A stretch of DNA of 64,000 nucleotides from Nitrospira sp. SB0662_bin_26 (GTDB lineage Bacteria > Nitrospirota > Nitrospiria > Nitrospirales > UBA8639): positions 3 through 64,002 of the forward strand of contig VXOF01000009.1 in NCBI GenBank assembly GCA_009840285.1, given 5' to 3'. A program made the position numbers and the translations under genes. The notes beneath the pieces were generated by a model. That model had not been told where the DNA came from. It did not search any database and worked only from the letters and a program-made list of their open reading frames with translations. Positions 46,729 through 55,595 of the stretch are shown in pieces (the first letter of the stretch is position 1; each line of letters opens with the position of its first letter).

Positions 46729-46949
46729 GGCTACAAGCCGCTTTGGAAATTAGGTGAAATCAATCACGGGATTGTACGGTAATTGTATGCTTGACGGCGT
46801 CTCTTTAACCACAACCTGTCGACGTTTACTACTGAAGCAGCGATTCACCGCCCACAAGATGTAGGATAGTAGCTATTGTACACTTTCGGGCAGTGATTTC
46901 AACCCATCCATGCTGTGTCCACGCATAAGGGGGAGCATGGCAGAGACTG

Positions 46950-48161
46950 TCAGGTGGTATAGGAAGCGTTGATCCGCACGTATTCGTAGGTCAGGTCCGT
47001 GGTCCAGAGTTTGGCACAACCCGGTTGGTTTCCCAATGAGAGCGTCATGACGTATTGTTTTTTTCGCATGACCCGTTGCGCCCGGTTGTCGGCTCGGTCT
47101 CCGACCGGTTGACCGTTGTGTACCACCCGGGTCTTGTCGAATGCCAAGCCGATCTTGGCCGGATTGAATTTCACTCCGGCCCGGCCCGCGGCCGCCACGA
47201 TTCGACCCCAATTGGGATCTTCTCCGAAAACGGCGGTTTTCACCAACAACGACGTGGCAATGGTTTGCGCGATTTTCTTCGCTTCGCGATTGGTTCGTGT
47301 GCCGCGTACGACAATCTCGACGATTTTGGTAGCCCCTTCTCCGTCGCGGCAGATTTGGAGTGCAAGCGACAGGCAGGCCTCCTGCAACAAGGCGGAGAAC
47401 GTTTCCCATTGGGGAGTGCCGGTCTGAATAGTCGGATTCCCGGCGCGTCCATTGGCGAGGCACAGCACCGTGTCGTTCGTGCTGGTGTCTCCGTCGACCG
47501 AGATGCAATTGAAGGTTTCGTTGACGGCTCGCGTCAACGCGGCCTGCAGAGTCCGAGGGGCAATCGCCGCGTCGGTGGTCAGGTAGGCCAACATGGTGGC
47601 CATATCGGGGTGAATCATGCCGGAGCCTTTGGCCATCCCTCCGATCGTGACGAGCCGTCCTCCTATCTTGGCCTGCACGGCGACCTCTTTAAGTCTGGTG
47701 TCCGTGGTCATGATGGCTTGCGCCGCCGGCTTATGACCGGACCGGTTCAGGAGCCGGATGAGAGGCGGGACGGCTTCACGGATGGCGGGCATCGGTAGCG
47801 GGCGGCCTATGACTCCCGTCGACCCCACAAATACCGAACCGACGGGAAGACGTAAGGCCGCAGACACGAGTCGACGTATTTCCATGGCGTCCGACATCCC
47901 TTGTGATCCGGTGAGCGCATTGGCGTTCCCGCTGTTGATGACAATGGCCTGCCCGGTGTGTTTTTTGAGTTGCCGGCGACACAAAAGGACGGGAGGTGCC
48001 ACAATCCGATTTTGTGTCAACACGCCTGCCATAGTCCCGGGATGGGTGGACGCTAACAGGGCGAGGTCCAGCATGGGCGCCGGTTTGATGCCGGCGTGAA
48101 TCCCGGCGGCGAGAAAGCCGGTCGGGGCAGTGACGCCGCCTTTGATCTTGTTCACGTTCAC
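46950..48161 (-). CDS. argJ: Bifunctional glutamate N-acetyltransferase/amino-acid acetyltransferase
   Basis: GF.AAG..AGIK, and ATMLAYLTTDA at the autoprocessing site. Full-length ArgJ. Confidence 0.93.
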   Translation of the reverse strand: MNVNKIKGGVTAPTGFLAAGIHAGIKPAPMLDLALLASTHPGTMAGVLTQNRIVAPPVLLCRRQLKKHTGQAIVINSGNANALTGSQGMSDAMEIRRLVSAALRLPVGSVFVGSTGVIGRPLPMPAIREAVPPLIRLLNRSGHKPAAQAIMTTDTRLKEVAVQAKIGGRLVTIGGMAKGSGMIHPDMATMLAYLTTDAAIAPRTLQAALTRAVNETFNCISVDGDTSTNDTVLCLANGRAGNPTIQTGTPQWETFSALLQEACLSLALQICRDGEGATKIVEIVVRGTRTNREAKKIAQTIATSLLVKTAVFGEDPNWGRIVAAAGRAGVKFNPAKIGLAFDKTRVVHNGQPVGDRADNRAQRVMRKKQYVMTLSLGNQPGCAKLWTTDLTYEYVRINASYTT

Positions 48162-48204
48162 GGGGAATACAAGTGGTGGGTGAGGAACATCGGGATCGCC
48201 GCGC

Positions 48205-49269
48205 CTATGGAAAAATCCCCGGTGCCGTCAGCGCCGTCTCTTCAGGAAATCCCATCATCAGGTTCATGGATTGGATGGCTTGCCCGGCCGCACCTTTGAC
48301 CAGGTTGTCCAGGGTCGACACGGTGATGACGTGGTTTGTTCGTTCATCCACAAACGCGCCGATGTCGCAAAAATTCGACCCTCGAACGTGGATGGGACTG
48401 ATGGCCGTCGAGGTTTCCCGGATGCGAATGAAGCGTTCGTTCGCATAAAAGTCTTTATACAGCGCGGTGGCGGCATCGTTCGTGAGCGGGGTCCGGAGTT
48501 TGGCATAGGCCGTGCTGAGGAGTCCTCGATTCATCGGGATCAAATGCGGTGTAAAGAGTACGCGCGCGCCTTTTCCTTTCGAATTTTTTATGAGCCGGTT
48601 CAGTTCCTGTTCGATTTCAGGCGTGTGACGGTGCCGGGCGATGTTGTAGGCCGTGAGGGAGTCGTGCGCTTCCGGAAAATGATAGGGCAGGCCCGGGCTT
48701 CGTCCGGCTCCGGAAATGCCGGACTTGGCATCGACGACCATGGTGCCCGGTTGAATCATCCGATGGGCCAGTAACGGTGCCAACTGCAGGATAGCTGCCG
48801 TCGGGTAACAACCCGGCGCGGCCACCAGTCGCGCGCGCCGGATCCGCGTTCGATGCAGTTCCGGAAGCCCATACACGGCCTTTTTGAGCAACGCAGGTGA
48901 TGCATGCGGGGTGCCGTACCATTGTTCATAGGTTTTCGTCTCTGTCAGCCGAAAGTCGGCACTCAGGTCGATCACAAGTTTTTGGGCCCGGACGCAGGCT
49001 GCCACCGGCCCCATGGCTTTCGTGTGCGGCAGGCATGAGAACACCGCGTCGACCTTTTTCAGGATGGGTTCAACGTTCAGTGGCGCAAAACGAAACTCAT
49101 GGAACGTTTCGAGGTGCGGGAACAGGGAGGTCACCGGCAGGCCGACGGACTTATCCGCGGTCACGTGGGTGACCATGACGTACGGGTGACCGTCCAATAA
49201 GCGGAGGAGTTCCCCGCCCGTATATCCACTGGCTCCCAGTACCGCTACTTTTAATCGAGTGCGACGCAT
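48205..49269 (-). CDS. argC: N-acetyl-gamma-glutamyl-phosphate reductase
   Basis: VAVLGASGYTGGELLRLL, with active-site PGCYPTA. Confidence 0.93.
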   Translation of the reverse strand: MRRTRLKVAVLGASGYTGGELLRLLDGHPYVMVTHVTADKSVGLPVTSLFPHLETFHEFRFAPLNVEPILKKVDAVFSCLPHTKAMGPVAACVRAQKLVIDLSADFRLTETKTYEQWYGTPHASPALLKKAVYGLPELHRTRIRRARLVAAPGCYPTAAILQLAPLLAHRMIQPGTMVVDAKSGISGAGRSPGLPYHFPEAHDSLTAYNIARHRHTPEIEQELNRLIKNSKGKGARVLFTPHLIPMNRGLLSTAYAKLRTPLTNDAATALYKDFYANERFIRIRETSTAISPIHVRGSNFCDIGAFVDERTNHVITVSTLDNLVKGAAGQAIQSMNLMMGFPEETALTAPGIFP

Positions 49270-49346
49270 GATTATTCATCCAGACGAAAAAAGGGAAGGC
49301 ATCGAAGCCTTCCCTTTTTCGTCACCATCCTGGAATGTTCGCGTGG

Positions 49347-49739
49347 TTAACGCTTGGAATATTGGAATCGGCTTCGAGCGCCCTTTTGCCCGTATTTTTT
49401 CCTTTCTTTCACCCTGGGGTCGCGCGTCAGCAAGCCCTCTTTCTTCAGAGTCGCGCGAAAATCCGGGTTTGCTTGCACCAGGGCTTTGGCTATCGCATGG
49501 CGAAGGGCTCCGGCCTGCCCGGCGCCGCCGCCGCCGCAGACCGAGGCCTTGATGCGAAATTGTCCCCGGGTATTCGTCAGTTCAAGCGGCGTTTCGACCT
49601 GAATGCGATGGGCAAGCAGGGTGAAATAGTGGTCGAGCGTCCGGCCGTTGACCGTAATGTCCGGAGGACCCGGTTCGATCCAGGCGCGGGCGATCGCATA
49701 TTTACGTTTTCCCGTGGCATAGTGTCGTTGACTGATCAT
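49347..49739 (-). CDS. rpsI: 30S ribosomal protein S9
   Basis: ...GGG..GQAGA.RH.I..AL......R..LK..G.LTRD.R.KERKKYG...AR...QYSKR. Confidence 0.95.
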   Translation of the reverse strand: MISQRHYATGKRKYAIARAWIEPGPPDITVNGRTLDHYFTLLAHRIQVETPLELTNTRGQFRIKASVCGGGGAGQAGALRHAIAKALVQANPDFRATLKKEGLLTRDPRVKERKKYGQKGARSRFQYSKR

Positions 49740-49782
49740 CTTGTAAGAACCTTTCCGCTAGAACGCGACGTGTGACTAGGTG

Positions 49783-50208
49783 TTATGACCAAGGCTCCGG
49801 ACGCTGCGCGACGTGCGGGTGTTCCGTTCCCACGTAGACGCGTAACTTTTTAGCCATTTTTTTCCCCAATGGGCTATGCGGAAGCATACCCCGAACGGCT
49901 TTGGACACGATTTCCGTGGGGGCCTTTTTCAAGAGCTGCTCGGCGGTGATGGATTTGATCCCGCCGGGATATCCGGTATGGTGATAATACGTTTTATCCT
50001 TCAATTTTTTCCCGGTCAGCCGAATCGCTTCGGCATTGATCACGATCACGTGGTCGCCCGTATCCACGTTGGGCGTGAACGTCGGTTTATGCTTGCCGCG
50101 GAGCAGCGTGGCGGCTTGAGTCGCCAAGCGACCGAGCGGGACGCCCCTAGCGTCCAGAATATACCATTTTCGGTCGATCTCGTGGGGTTTCGCTTGAAAG
50201 CTGCGCAT
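49783..50208 (-). CDS. rplM: 50S ribosomal protein L13
   Basis: W...DA.G..LGRLA...A..LRGKHKP.FTP..D.GD.VIVINAE is the L13 signature. Confidence 0.95.
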   Translation of the reverse strand: MRSFQAKPHEIDRKWYILDARGVPLGRLATQAATLLRGKHKPTFTPNVDTGDHVIVINAEAIRLTGKKLKDKTYYHHTGYPGGIKSITAEQLLKKAPTEIVSKAVRGMLPHSPLGKKMAKKLRVYVGTEHPHVAQRPEPWS

Positions 50209-50222
50209 CAGTGATTCTCCAG

Positions 50223-50714
50223 TTATGTTTCGGATGATTGCGATTCTTTATGATCGAGTTTGGCCAGCCACGCATCCAAGTTGTCACCAGCTCTTCTCTT
50301 GAGAACGTCCTGTGTCACGTATATCGGACACTTGGCCCTCAGGGCCAAGGCGATCGCATCGCTCGGCCGGGAATCCACCGTTCTTTCGAGTCCGTTCGAA
50401 CACACGTGCACCGTGGCGTAGTACGTGTTGTTTTGGACGTCCGTCACCACGACCTGAGAGATTTTCATACCCAAGTGAGTCGAGAGACTCGTAATCAAAT
50501 CGTGACTCATCGGCCTGGGCGGAACCACGTCTTCCAAGGCCAGGCGTATGGATGTGCCTTCGGCCGTGCCCACCCAAATGGGAAGCACGTCGGCGTTGTT
50601 TTCGTCGCGGAGGATGACGATCTGGGTATCCGTATTGGGATCAACCAGCACTCCGTGAACTTTCAACGGGACTAGGTCCGTATTTTGTTCCACGCTCATG
50701 ACTATGGCGAACAA
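50223..50714 (-). CDS. Bifunctional nuclease (BFN/DUF151) family protein, paralogue 1
   Basis: VILRDENNADVLPIWVGTAEGTSIRLALEDVVPPRPMSHDL....L....V..V.V.....NTYYA. Confidence 0.8.
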   Translation of the reverse strand: MFAIVMSVEQNTDLVPLKVHGVLVDPNTDTQIVILRDENNADVLPIWVGTAEGTSIRLALEDVVPPRPMSHDLITSLSTHLGMKISQVVVTDVQNNTYYATVHVCSNGLERTVDSRPSDAIALALRAKCPIYVTQDVLKRRAGDNLDAWLAKLDHKESQSSET

Positions 50715-50745
50715 CGGGTTTCGTTTAACGAGCGGGCATCAAGCG

Positions 50746-51225
50746 CTACGTCTCGGATTTGCCGAAATCCTCAGGCTTTAAATTTTCGAGCCACCGCTCC
50801 AATTCCTCGGAATTCTGTTTTTGCAGAACTTCCTCTCTGGTGAAAATCGGGGCTTCGGCGCGCAGCGCCAGGGCGATGGCGTCACTGGGCCTTGAATCAA
50901 TCGAATATTCCGAGTCGCCGTACCAGAGATGAATCTTGGCATAGTACGTATTGTCTTTTAAGTCGGTGACCACGGCGCTCAAGATTTTGGCATCCACGTT
51001 GTCTAGAATCGACTTCATTAAATCGTGCGTCATAGGACGTGGCGGGGCTACGTTCTCCAAGGCAAAACTGATGGCGCTCGCTTCGGATTTCCCGACCCAA
51101 ATTGGAAGCATGTCGGAGTTTTCCTCGTCCCGAAGGATGACGATATAGGCGTTATTATAGGGGTCGAACAACAATCCCCGCACGTTCATTTGCGTAATCA
51201 TATCTACAATCAGTTCGTCGTGCAC
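50746..51225 (-). CDS. Bifunctional nuclease (BFN/DUF151) family protein, paralogue 2
   Basis: VILRDEENSDMLPIWVGKSEASAISFALENVAPPRPMTHDL... is collinear with the neighbouring paralogue. Confidence 0.8.
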   Translation of the reverse strand: MHDELIVDMITQMNVRGLLFDPYNNAYIVILRDEENSDMLPIWVGKSEASAISFALENVAPPRPMTHDLMKSILDNVDAKILSAVVTDLKDNTYYAKIHLWYGDSEYSIDSRPSDAIALALRAEAPIFTREEVLQKQNSEELERWLENLKPEDFGKSET

Positions 51226-51326
51226 AGTGATACGCGCAATCCGAGTAAAACTATCATTCGGTTCTTTCTCATGTCAATTCCAATGCGGAAAAAGCTATTT
51301 GCTCAGGATGGAGCCCGTAGAGACAG

Positions 51327-51390
51327 GTCGGATGAGCCCTTCGACTACGCTTCCTTCGACTTCGCTCAGGACAGGCGTAGCGTAATCCGA
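51327..51390. repeat. REP-like hairpin with an inserted CCTTCGAC...GCTCAGGACAGG motif
   Basis: GTCGGATGA ... TAATCCGAC arms around cccttcgactacgcttccttcgacttcgctcaggacagg. Related to 43127-43168 and 60289-60347. Confidence 0.6.
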
Positions 51391-51504
51391 CACATGCTCC
51401 TCCCTTTCCCGTTGGGAGAGGGTTGGGGTGAGAGAGCACTCAACGAGGAAGAGGTCATGACGAGAAACGCTTCAGAGGGACGGCGTCTCTGCCATCTGGT
51501 GGCG

Positions 51505-51792
51505 CTATGGAGCGACAAGGGAGGGGATGGCCCGGACATCAGTGGAAGAACGGGCCACATCAAGATCATACATGCGCTGAAGATTCAACCAGAATTCAGG
51601 CGTCATTCCCAAGGCCTTCCCGAGTCGCAGCGCTGTGTCGGCCGTGATGGATCGGTTGCCATGGATAATTTCGTTAATCCGTCTCGCAGGCGTCCCCATC
51701 GTTTTGGCCAGCCGGTACTGACTGATTCCCAGTTCCTCAAGCATCTCAGCCAAGTGTTCTCCGGGATGGATGGGCGGCATGTTCGTCATCAA
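51505..51792 (-). CDS. higA: HigA-family antitoxin (XRE HTH)
   Basis: PIHPGEHLAEMLEELGISQYRLAKTMGTPARRINEIIHGNRSITADTALRLGKALGMTPEFWLNLQ. Confidence 0.88.
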   Translation of the reverse strand: MMTNMPPIHPGEHLAEMLEELGISQYRLAKTMGTPARRINEIIHGNRSITADTALRLGKALGMTPEFWLNLQRMYDLDVARSSTDVRAIPSLVAP

Positions 51793-51801
51793 TCAGTCTC
51801 C

Positions 51802-52104
51802 TCAATGGTAGTCTGTGATTTCAATGGTTCTGGCACCTTGGGTTCTGGCACCTTGGTCTGTCCAGCGGAAGCACACACGCCATTGATCGTTGATACGGAT
51901 GCTGTGCTGGCCTCTTCGGTCGCCCTTCAACGCCTCAAGGTGATGGGAGGGCGGCAGCCGCAGATCAGAGAGCTTTGTCGCCGCCATGACTCGCTGAAGC
52001 CTCATCCGCGCTCGGCCTTGAAGATTCGCCGGCAACCTCACGGCGTGCTGTCCATGAAAGACTCGTTCCGTGTCTTTATTCGCGAAGAGTCTCATGAATC
52101 GCAC
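51802..52104 (-). CDS. higB: HigB-type toxin (RelE/ParE superfamily), carrying a 5-aa tandem duplication
   Basis: ...LKGDRRGQHSIRINDQWRVCFRWTDQGARTQGARTIEITDYH has the HigB C-terminal pattern. The 15-bp unit ggttctggcaccttg is present twice. Confidence 0.8.
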   Translation of the reverse strand: MRFMRLFANKDTERVFHGQHAVRLPANLQGRARMRLQRVMAATKLSDLRLPPSHHLEALKGDRRGQHSIRINDQWRVCFRWTDQGARTQGARTIEITDYH

Positions 52105-52207
52105 GCACTATTAACGCATGACGTTATCAATGTCAAGAGAGAATTCAAACTGAGACACTACCCGGAAAGAGCGTTTTTTTCTGGAGCGAATGACCGCGTG
52201 AGGACGA

Positions 52208-53929
52208 TTACCAGACCGGAAGATCGTAGGAGGAAAGCAAGCCTTGTACGTGGGGAATGACGTCAGCCGGTTGGAGTTGGACCACTTCTCCGCCATGGCG
52301 TCGTTTTAATTCGACCACGCCTTGCTTCAGGCCCCGGTCACCGATGGTGACATGAAACGGGGCCCCGATCAGATCGGCGTCGTTAAATTTCACGCCGGCC
52401 CGTTCATCGCGGTCGTCCCACAAGACTTCCAATCCTGCGTTGGTGCATGAATCGTACAAAATGCCGGCGGTTTTGACGACCTGCTCCGAGGCCGTCACCG
52501 GCAAGAGATGAACGTGAAACGGCGCAATGGGCACGGGCCATATCATGCCTTTGTCGTCATGGTTCTGTTCGATGGACGCGGCCGCGGTCCTGCTGACGCC
52601 GATGCCGTAACATCCCATGAGCGCCACTGTTTCCTGTCCGTCCGCATCCAGAAACGTCGCATTCATCGCTTGACTGTACTTGGTCCCCAAGAGGAAGACG
52701 TGGCCGACTTCGATGCCTTTGGCCTCTTGCAGCCGGTCATCGCTCCGAGGCGACCGGTCGCCGGCTCGGGCCAGGCGCAGGTCGAGGAAGGCCTCGACGG
52801 TGAAGTCTCTATCCCAGTTGGCATTGATCAGGTGGGTGTCATCTTTGTTTCCGCCCACGATGAAATTCCGCATGGCCTTGACCGCATGGTCTGCGATGAT
52901 GCGGACACCCGTGAGCCCAACCGGACCGGCAAAACCGACCGGCGCAGACGATACCCTGCTTACGGTTTCCGCGTCTGCCAGCGTGATCTCCGTCGTTCCC
53001 AGGAAACGATTGATTTTGATTGCATTCGCCTCGTGGTCGCCGCGAATCAGGACCGCGACAACGTCACCCGCCGGTGTCTGGTAGAGCAAGGTTTTGACGA
53101 GACGGTCCGGTGACACCTTCAAAAAGGTGCAGACTGCCTCGACGGTTTTGGTCCCCGGGGTCTGCACGGCTTCGAGGGCGAGCGGCGCGGCATCGTTTTC
53201 TTCAGCCGGAGGCGGCGCTTCCGCCAACTCGACGTTGGCGGCATAGGACCCGCCTTCGTCGTACACGATCGTTTCTTCTCCGGTTTCGGCCAGGACCATG
53301 AATTCATGCGACATGCTGCCGCCGATCAGTCCGGTGTCCGCTTCGACAGCACGGAATTTGAGGCCGCAGCGCGTGAAGATCCGCTCGTAGGCGTCGTACA
53401 TTTTTTGATAGCTGAGGCGCGCACTTTCTTCATCGGCATCGAAACTGTAGGCGTCTTTCATGACGAATTCGCGCCCGCGCATCAAACCGAAGCGGGGACG
53501 GATTTCATCGCGGAACTTGGTTTGGATCTGGTAGCAGTTCATGGGGAGTTGCCGGTAGGACCGGACCTCGCGCCGGAAGAGGTCCGTGATGACTTCTTCA
53601 TGCGTGGGGCCGAAGCAAAAATCGCGGTCGTGCCGGTCCTGGCATCGCAGCAATTCCTTGCCGTAAAAATCCCATCGTCCGGTTTCCCGCCACAGTTCCG
53701 CCGGAGAAAGGATCGGCATCAACAACTCCTGTGCCCCAGCGCGATTCATTTCCTGGCGAATGATAGATTCGATTTTTTTGAGAACGCGCAGGCCCAACGG
53801 GAGATAGGTGTAGATTCCGGCCGCGACTTTTCGGATCATGCCGGCGCGCAACATGAGCCGGTGGCTGACGACTTCAGCCTCGCCAGGGGTTTGCCTGAGG
53901 GTCGGAATAAACAGTTGGCTTGTTCGCAT
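52208..53929 (-). CDS. proS: Proline--tRNA ligase (bacterial type with INS editing domain)
   Basis: MRTSQLFIPTLRQTPGEAEVVSHRLMLRAGMIRK... with class II motifs. The upstream in-frame extension lies in the repeat and is rejected. Confidence 0.93.
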   Translation of the reverse strand: MRTSQLFIPTLRQTPGEAEVVSHRLMLRAGMIRKVAAGIYTYLPLGLRVLKKIESIIRQEMNRAGAQELLMPILSPAELWRETGRWDFYGKELLRCQDRHDRDFCFGPTHEEVITDLFRREVRSYRQLPMNCYQIQTKFRDEIRPRFGLMRGREFVMKDAYSFDADEESARLSYQKMYDAYERIFTRCGLKFRAVEADTGLIGGSMSHEFMVLAETGEETIVYDEGGSYAANVELAEAPPPAEENDAAPLALEAVQTPGTKTVEAVCTFLKVSPDRLVKTLLYQTPAGDVVAVLIRGDHEANAIKINRFLGTTEITLADAETVSRVSSAPVGFAGPVGLTGVRIIADHAVKAMRNFIVGGNKDDTHLINANWDRDFTVEAFLDLRLARAGDRSPRSDDRLQEAKGIEVGHVFLLGTKYSQAMNATFLDADGQETVALMGCYGIGVSRTAAASIEQNHDDKGMIWPVPIAPFHVHLLPVTASEQVVKTAGILYDSCTNAGLEVLWDDRDERAGVKFNDADLIGAPFHVTIGDRGLKQGVVELKRRHGGEVVQLQPADVIPHVQGLLSSYDLPVW

Positions 53930-53964
53930 AGAAGAGGTGTTCCTTATGACGCTATTGCGCGGCG

Positions 53965-54148
53965 CCCGTGGGGCCACGCCCGGGCGCCAATGGTTTTGGG
54001 TCCTTTTGCCGAAACAAAAGGACCTCGTCGTGCGGGGGCGAAACCCCGCATGAAAAAGCAAAGACCCTGGATCCCCGATCAAGTCGGAGATGACAGAAGG
54101 AGACCGTAGGTCGGGTTAGCCCTGAGCGTGTCGAAGGGTCGAAGGGCA
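53965..54148 (+). repeat. Family B composite repeat, copy 3 (X+Y modules + REP-like tail)
   Basis: ggccacgcccgggcgccaatggttttgggtccttttgccgaaacaaaaggacc...ggatccccgatcaagtcggagatgac, then gtaggtcgggttagccc. Lies immediately upstream of proS. Confidence 0.8.
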
Positions 54149-54191
54149 TGGCCCGACAACCCGCTATATATAAATGCTACGGCTCGAGGAT

Positions 54192-55529
54192 TCAAGCGCC
54201 TTCCGGAACGGAGCGCGCCGTCAGCAATAACAGAACCGATCCGATCAGGGTGGCCAGCAGGGAACCGGCAAGGACCGCGGTCTTGGCGGCGTCGACCAGT
54301 GCCACTTCTTCGAAGGCGAGGGTGGCGATGAACAGGGACATGGTGAATCCGACCCCGGCCAGGCAGCCCACCGAGGCCACGTGGAGGAGATTGATCCCCT
54401 TGGGGAGTTCCGCGACGCGAAGCTTCACGCCCGCCCAGGCGAACAGCCAGATGCCCAACGGTTTGCCAACGACGAGACCCAGGATGATCCCCAGGCTCAT
54501 CGGCTCGGCCAGCAGGGAGAGCGCCTCGCTATCCAGGCTCACGCCGGCGTTGGTCAGGGCGAACAGGGGCAGGATGGCGAACGTGACGAACGGCATGAGC
54601 GCGTGTTCGAGTTGTTGCAGGGGTGCGGCAGCGTGATCCGTCAACTGCTCCATCGAAAGCACGATATGGTGCTGCCGGCTGGTCAGCAGGCGCCTGTCGG
54701 CGGGCAGCCCGGTGTCCCGCAGTTGCTTCAGCAGGGTACGGGTCCTGTCGTGCAGTTGCTGGGCATTGATGATGGTACGCGCGGGAATGGTGAACGCCAT
54801 CAGGACACCGGCGAGGGTCGCGTGCACTCCCGACTTGGAGAACGCCAACCAGATGGCGCATCCGATGAGGAAGTAGATGATCGGGTTGCGTACGCCGATG
54901 ACGTTGGCGGCGACGGACACTCCCAGCAAGAGGGCGCCGATGAGCAGGCTTCCCGCCGCGATGGCATCCGCGTAGAAAATTGCGACCACGATAATGGCCC
55001 CGATGTCGTCCACGATGGCCAGCGCCGTGAGGAAGATTTTCAGCGACACCGGCACGGGAAACACCGCGAGAATGCCTAGGGCGAACGCGATGTCCGTAGC
55101 CATAGGGATACCCCAGCCGCGGGCGAACTCCCCGTTGCCGTTGAAGGCGAAATACACGAGAGCCGGGACGACCATGCCGCCCACCGCGGCGATCACCGGC
55201 AGGGCCGCCTTGCGGGGATTCGCCAATTCGCCGGCCAGCAATTCCCGCTTGATCTCCAGACCGACCACGAAAAAGAAGATGCCCATGAGACCGTCGGCGA
55301 TCCAGTGGCTGACGGATTTGCTCAGGCCGAACGGCCCGACGGAGAAAGAAAGTTCTGCTTGCAGCCAGTGGTGGTAGAACCCGGCCCAGGGCGAGTTGGC
55401 CCAGGCCACGGCCACCACCGTGGCTGCCAGCAGCAGCACGGCGCCCGATAATTTGTGAGCGGCGAAAATCTGAAATGGCCGTGCAAGGCGGTCAATGAGA
55501 CTTTCTTCAATGGCCCTGGCGGGTTTCAT
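54192..55529 (-). CDS. nhaA: Na+/H+ antiporter NhaA
   Basis: LFFFVVGLEIKRELL.GEL and LAIVDDIGAIIVVAIFY are the NhaA signatures. Confidence 0.9.
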   Translation of the reverse strand: MKPARAIEESLIDRLARPFQIFAAHKLSGAVLLLAATVVAVAWANSPWAGFYHHWLQAELSFSVGPFGLSKSVSHWIADGLMGIFFFVVGLEIKRELLAGELANPRKAALPVIAAVGGMVVPALVYFAFNGNGEFARGWGIPMATDIAFALGILAVFPVPVSLKIFLTALAIVDDIGAIIVVAIFYADAIAAGSLLIGALLLGVSVAANVIGVRNPIIYFLIGCAIWLAFSKSGVHATLAGVLMAFTIPARTIINAQQLHDRTRTLLKQLRDTGLPADRRLLTSRQHHIVLSMEQLTDHAAAPLQQLEHALMPFVTFAILPLFALTNAGVSLDSEALSLLAEPMSLGIILGLVVGKPLGIWLFAWAGVKLRVAELPKGINLLHVASVGCLAGVGFTMSLFIATLAFEEVALVDAAKTAVLAGSLLATLIGSVLLLLTARSVPEGA

Positions 55530-55595
55530 GGATTGGAGGCGAACGCGCGTTCGGGCGGCACGACAACGCGGCTACGTTGGGAATGGACGTCAGGG

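Noticed and set aside
51025-52260. 411-aa plus-strand ORF
   Set aside because: It runs antisense through a BFN gene, a REP element, higA and higB. No motif was recognised, so it is an artefact of stop-poor GC-rich sequence.
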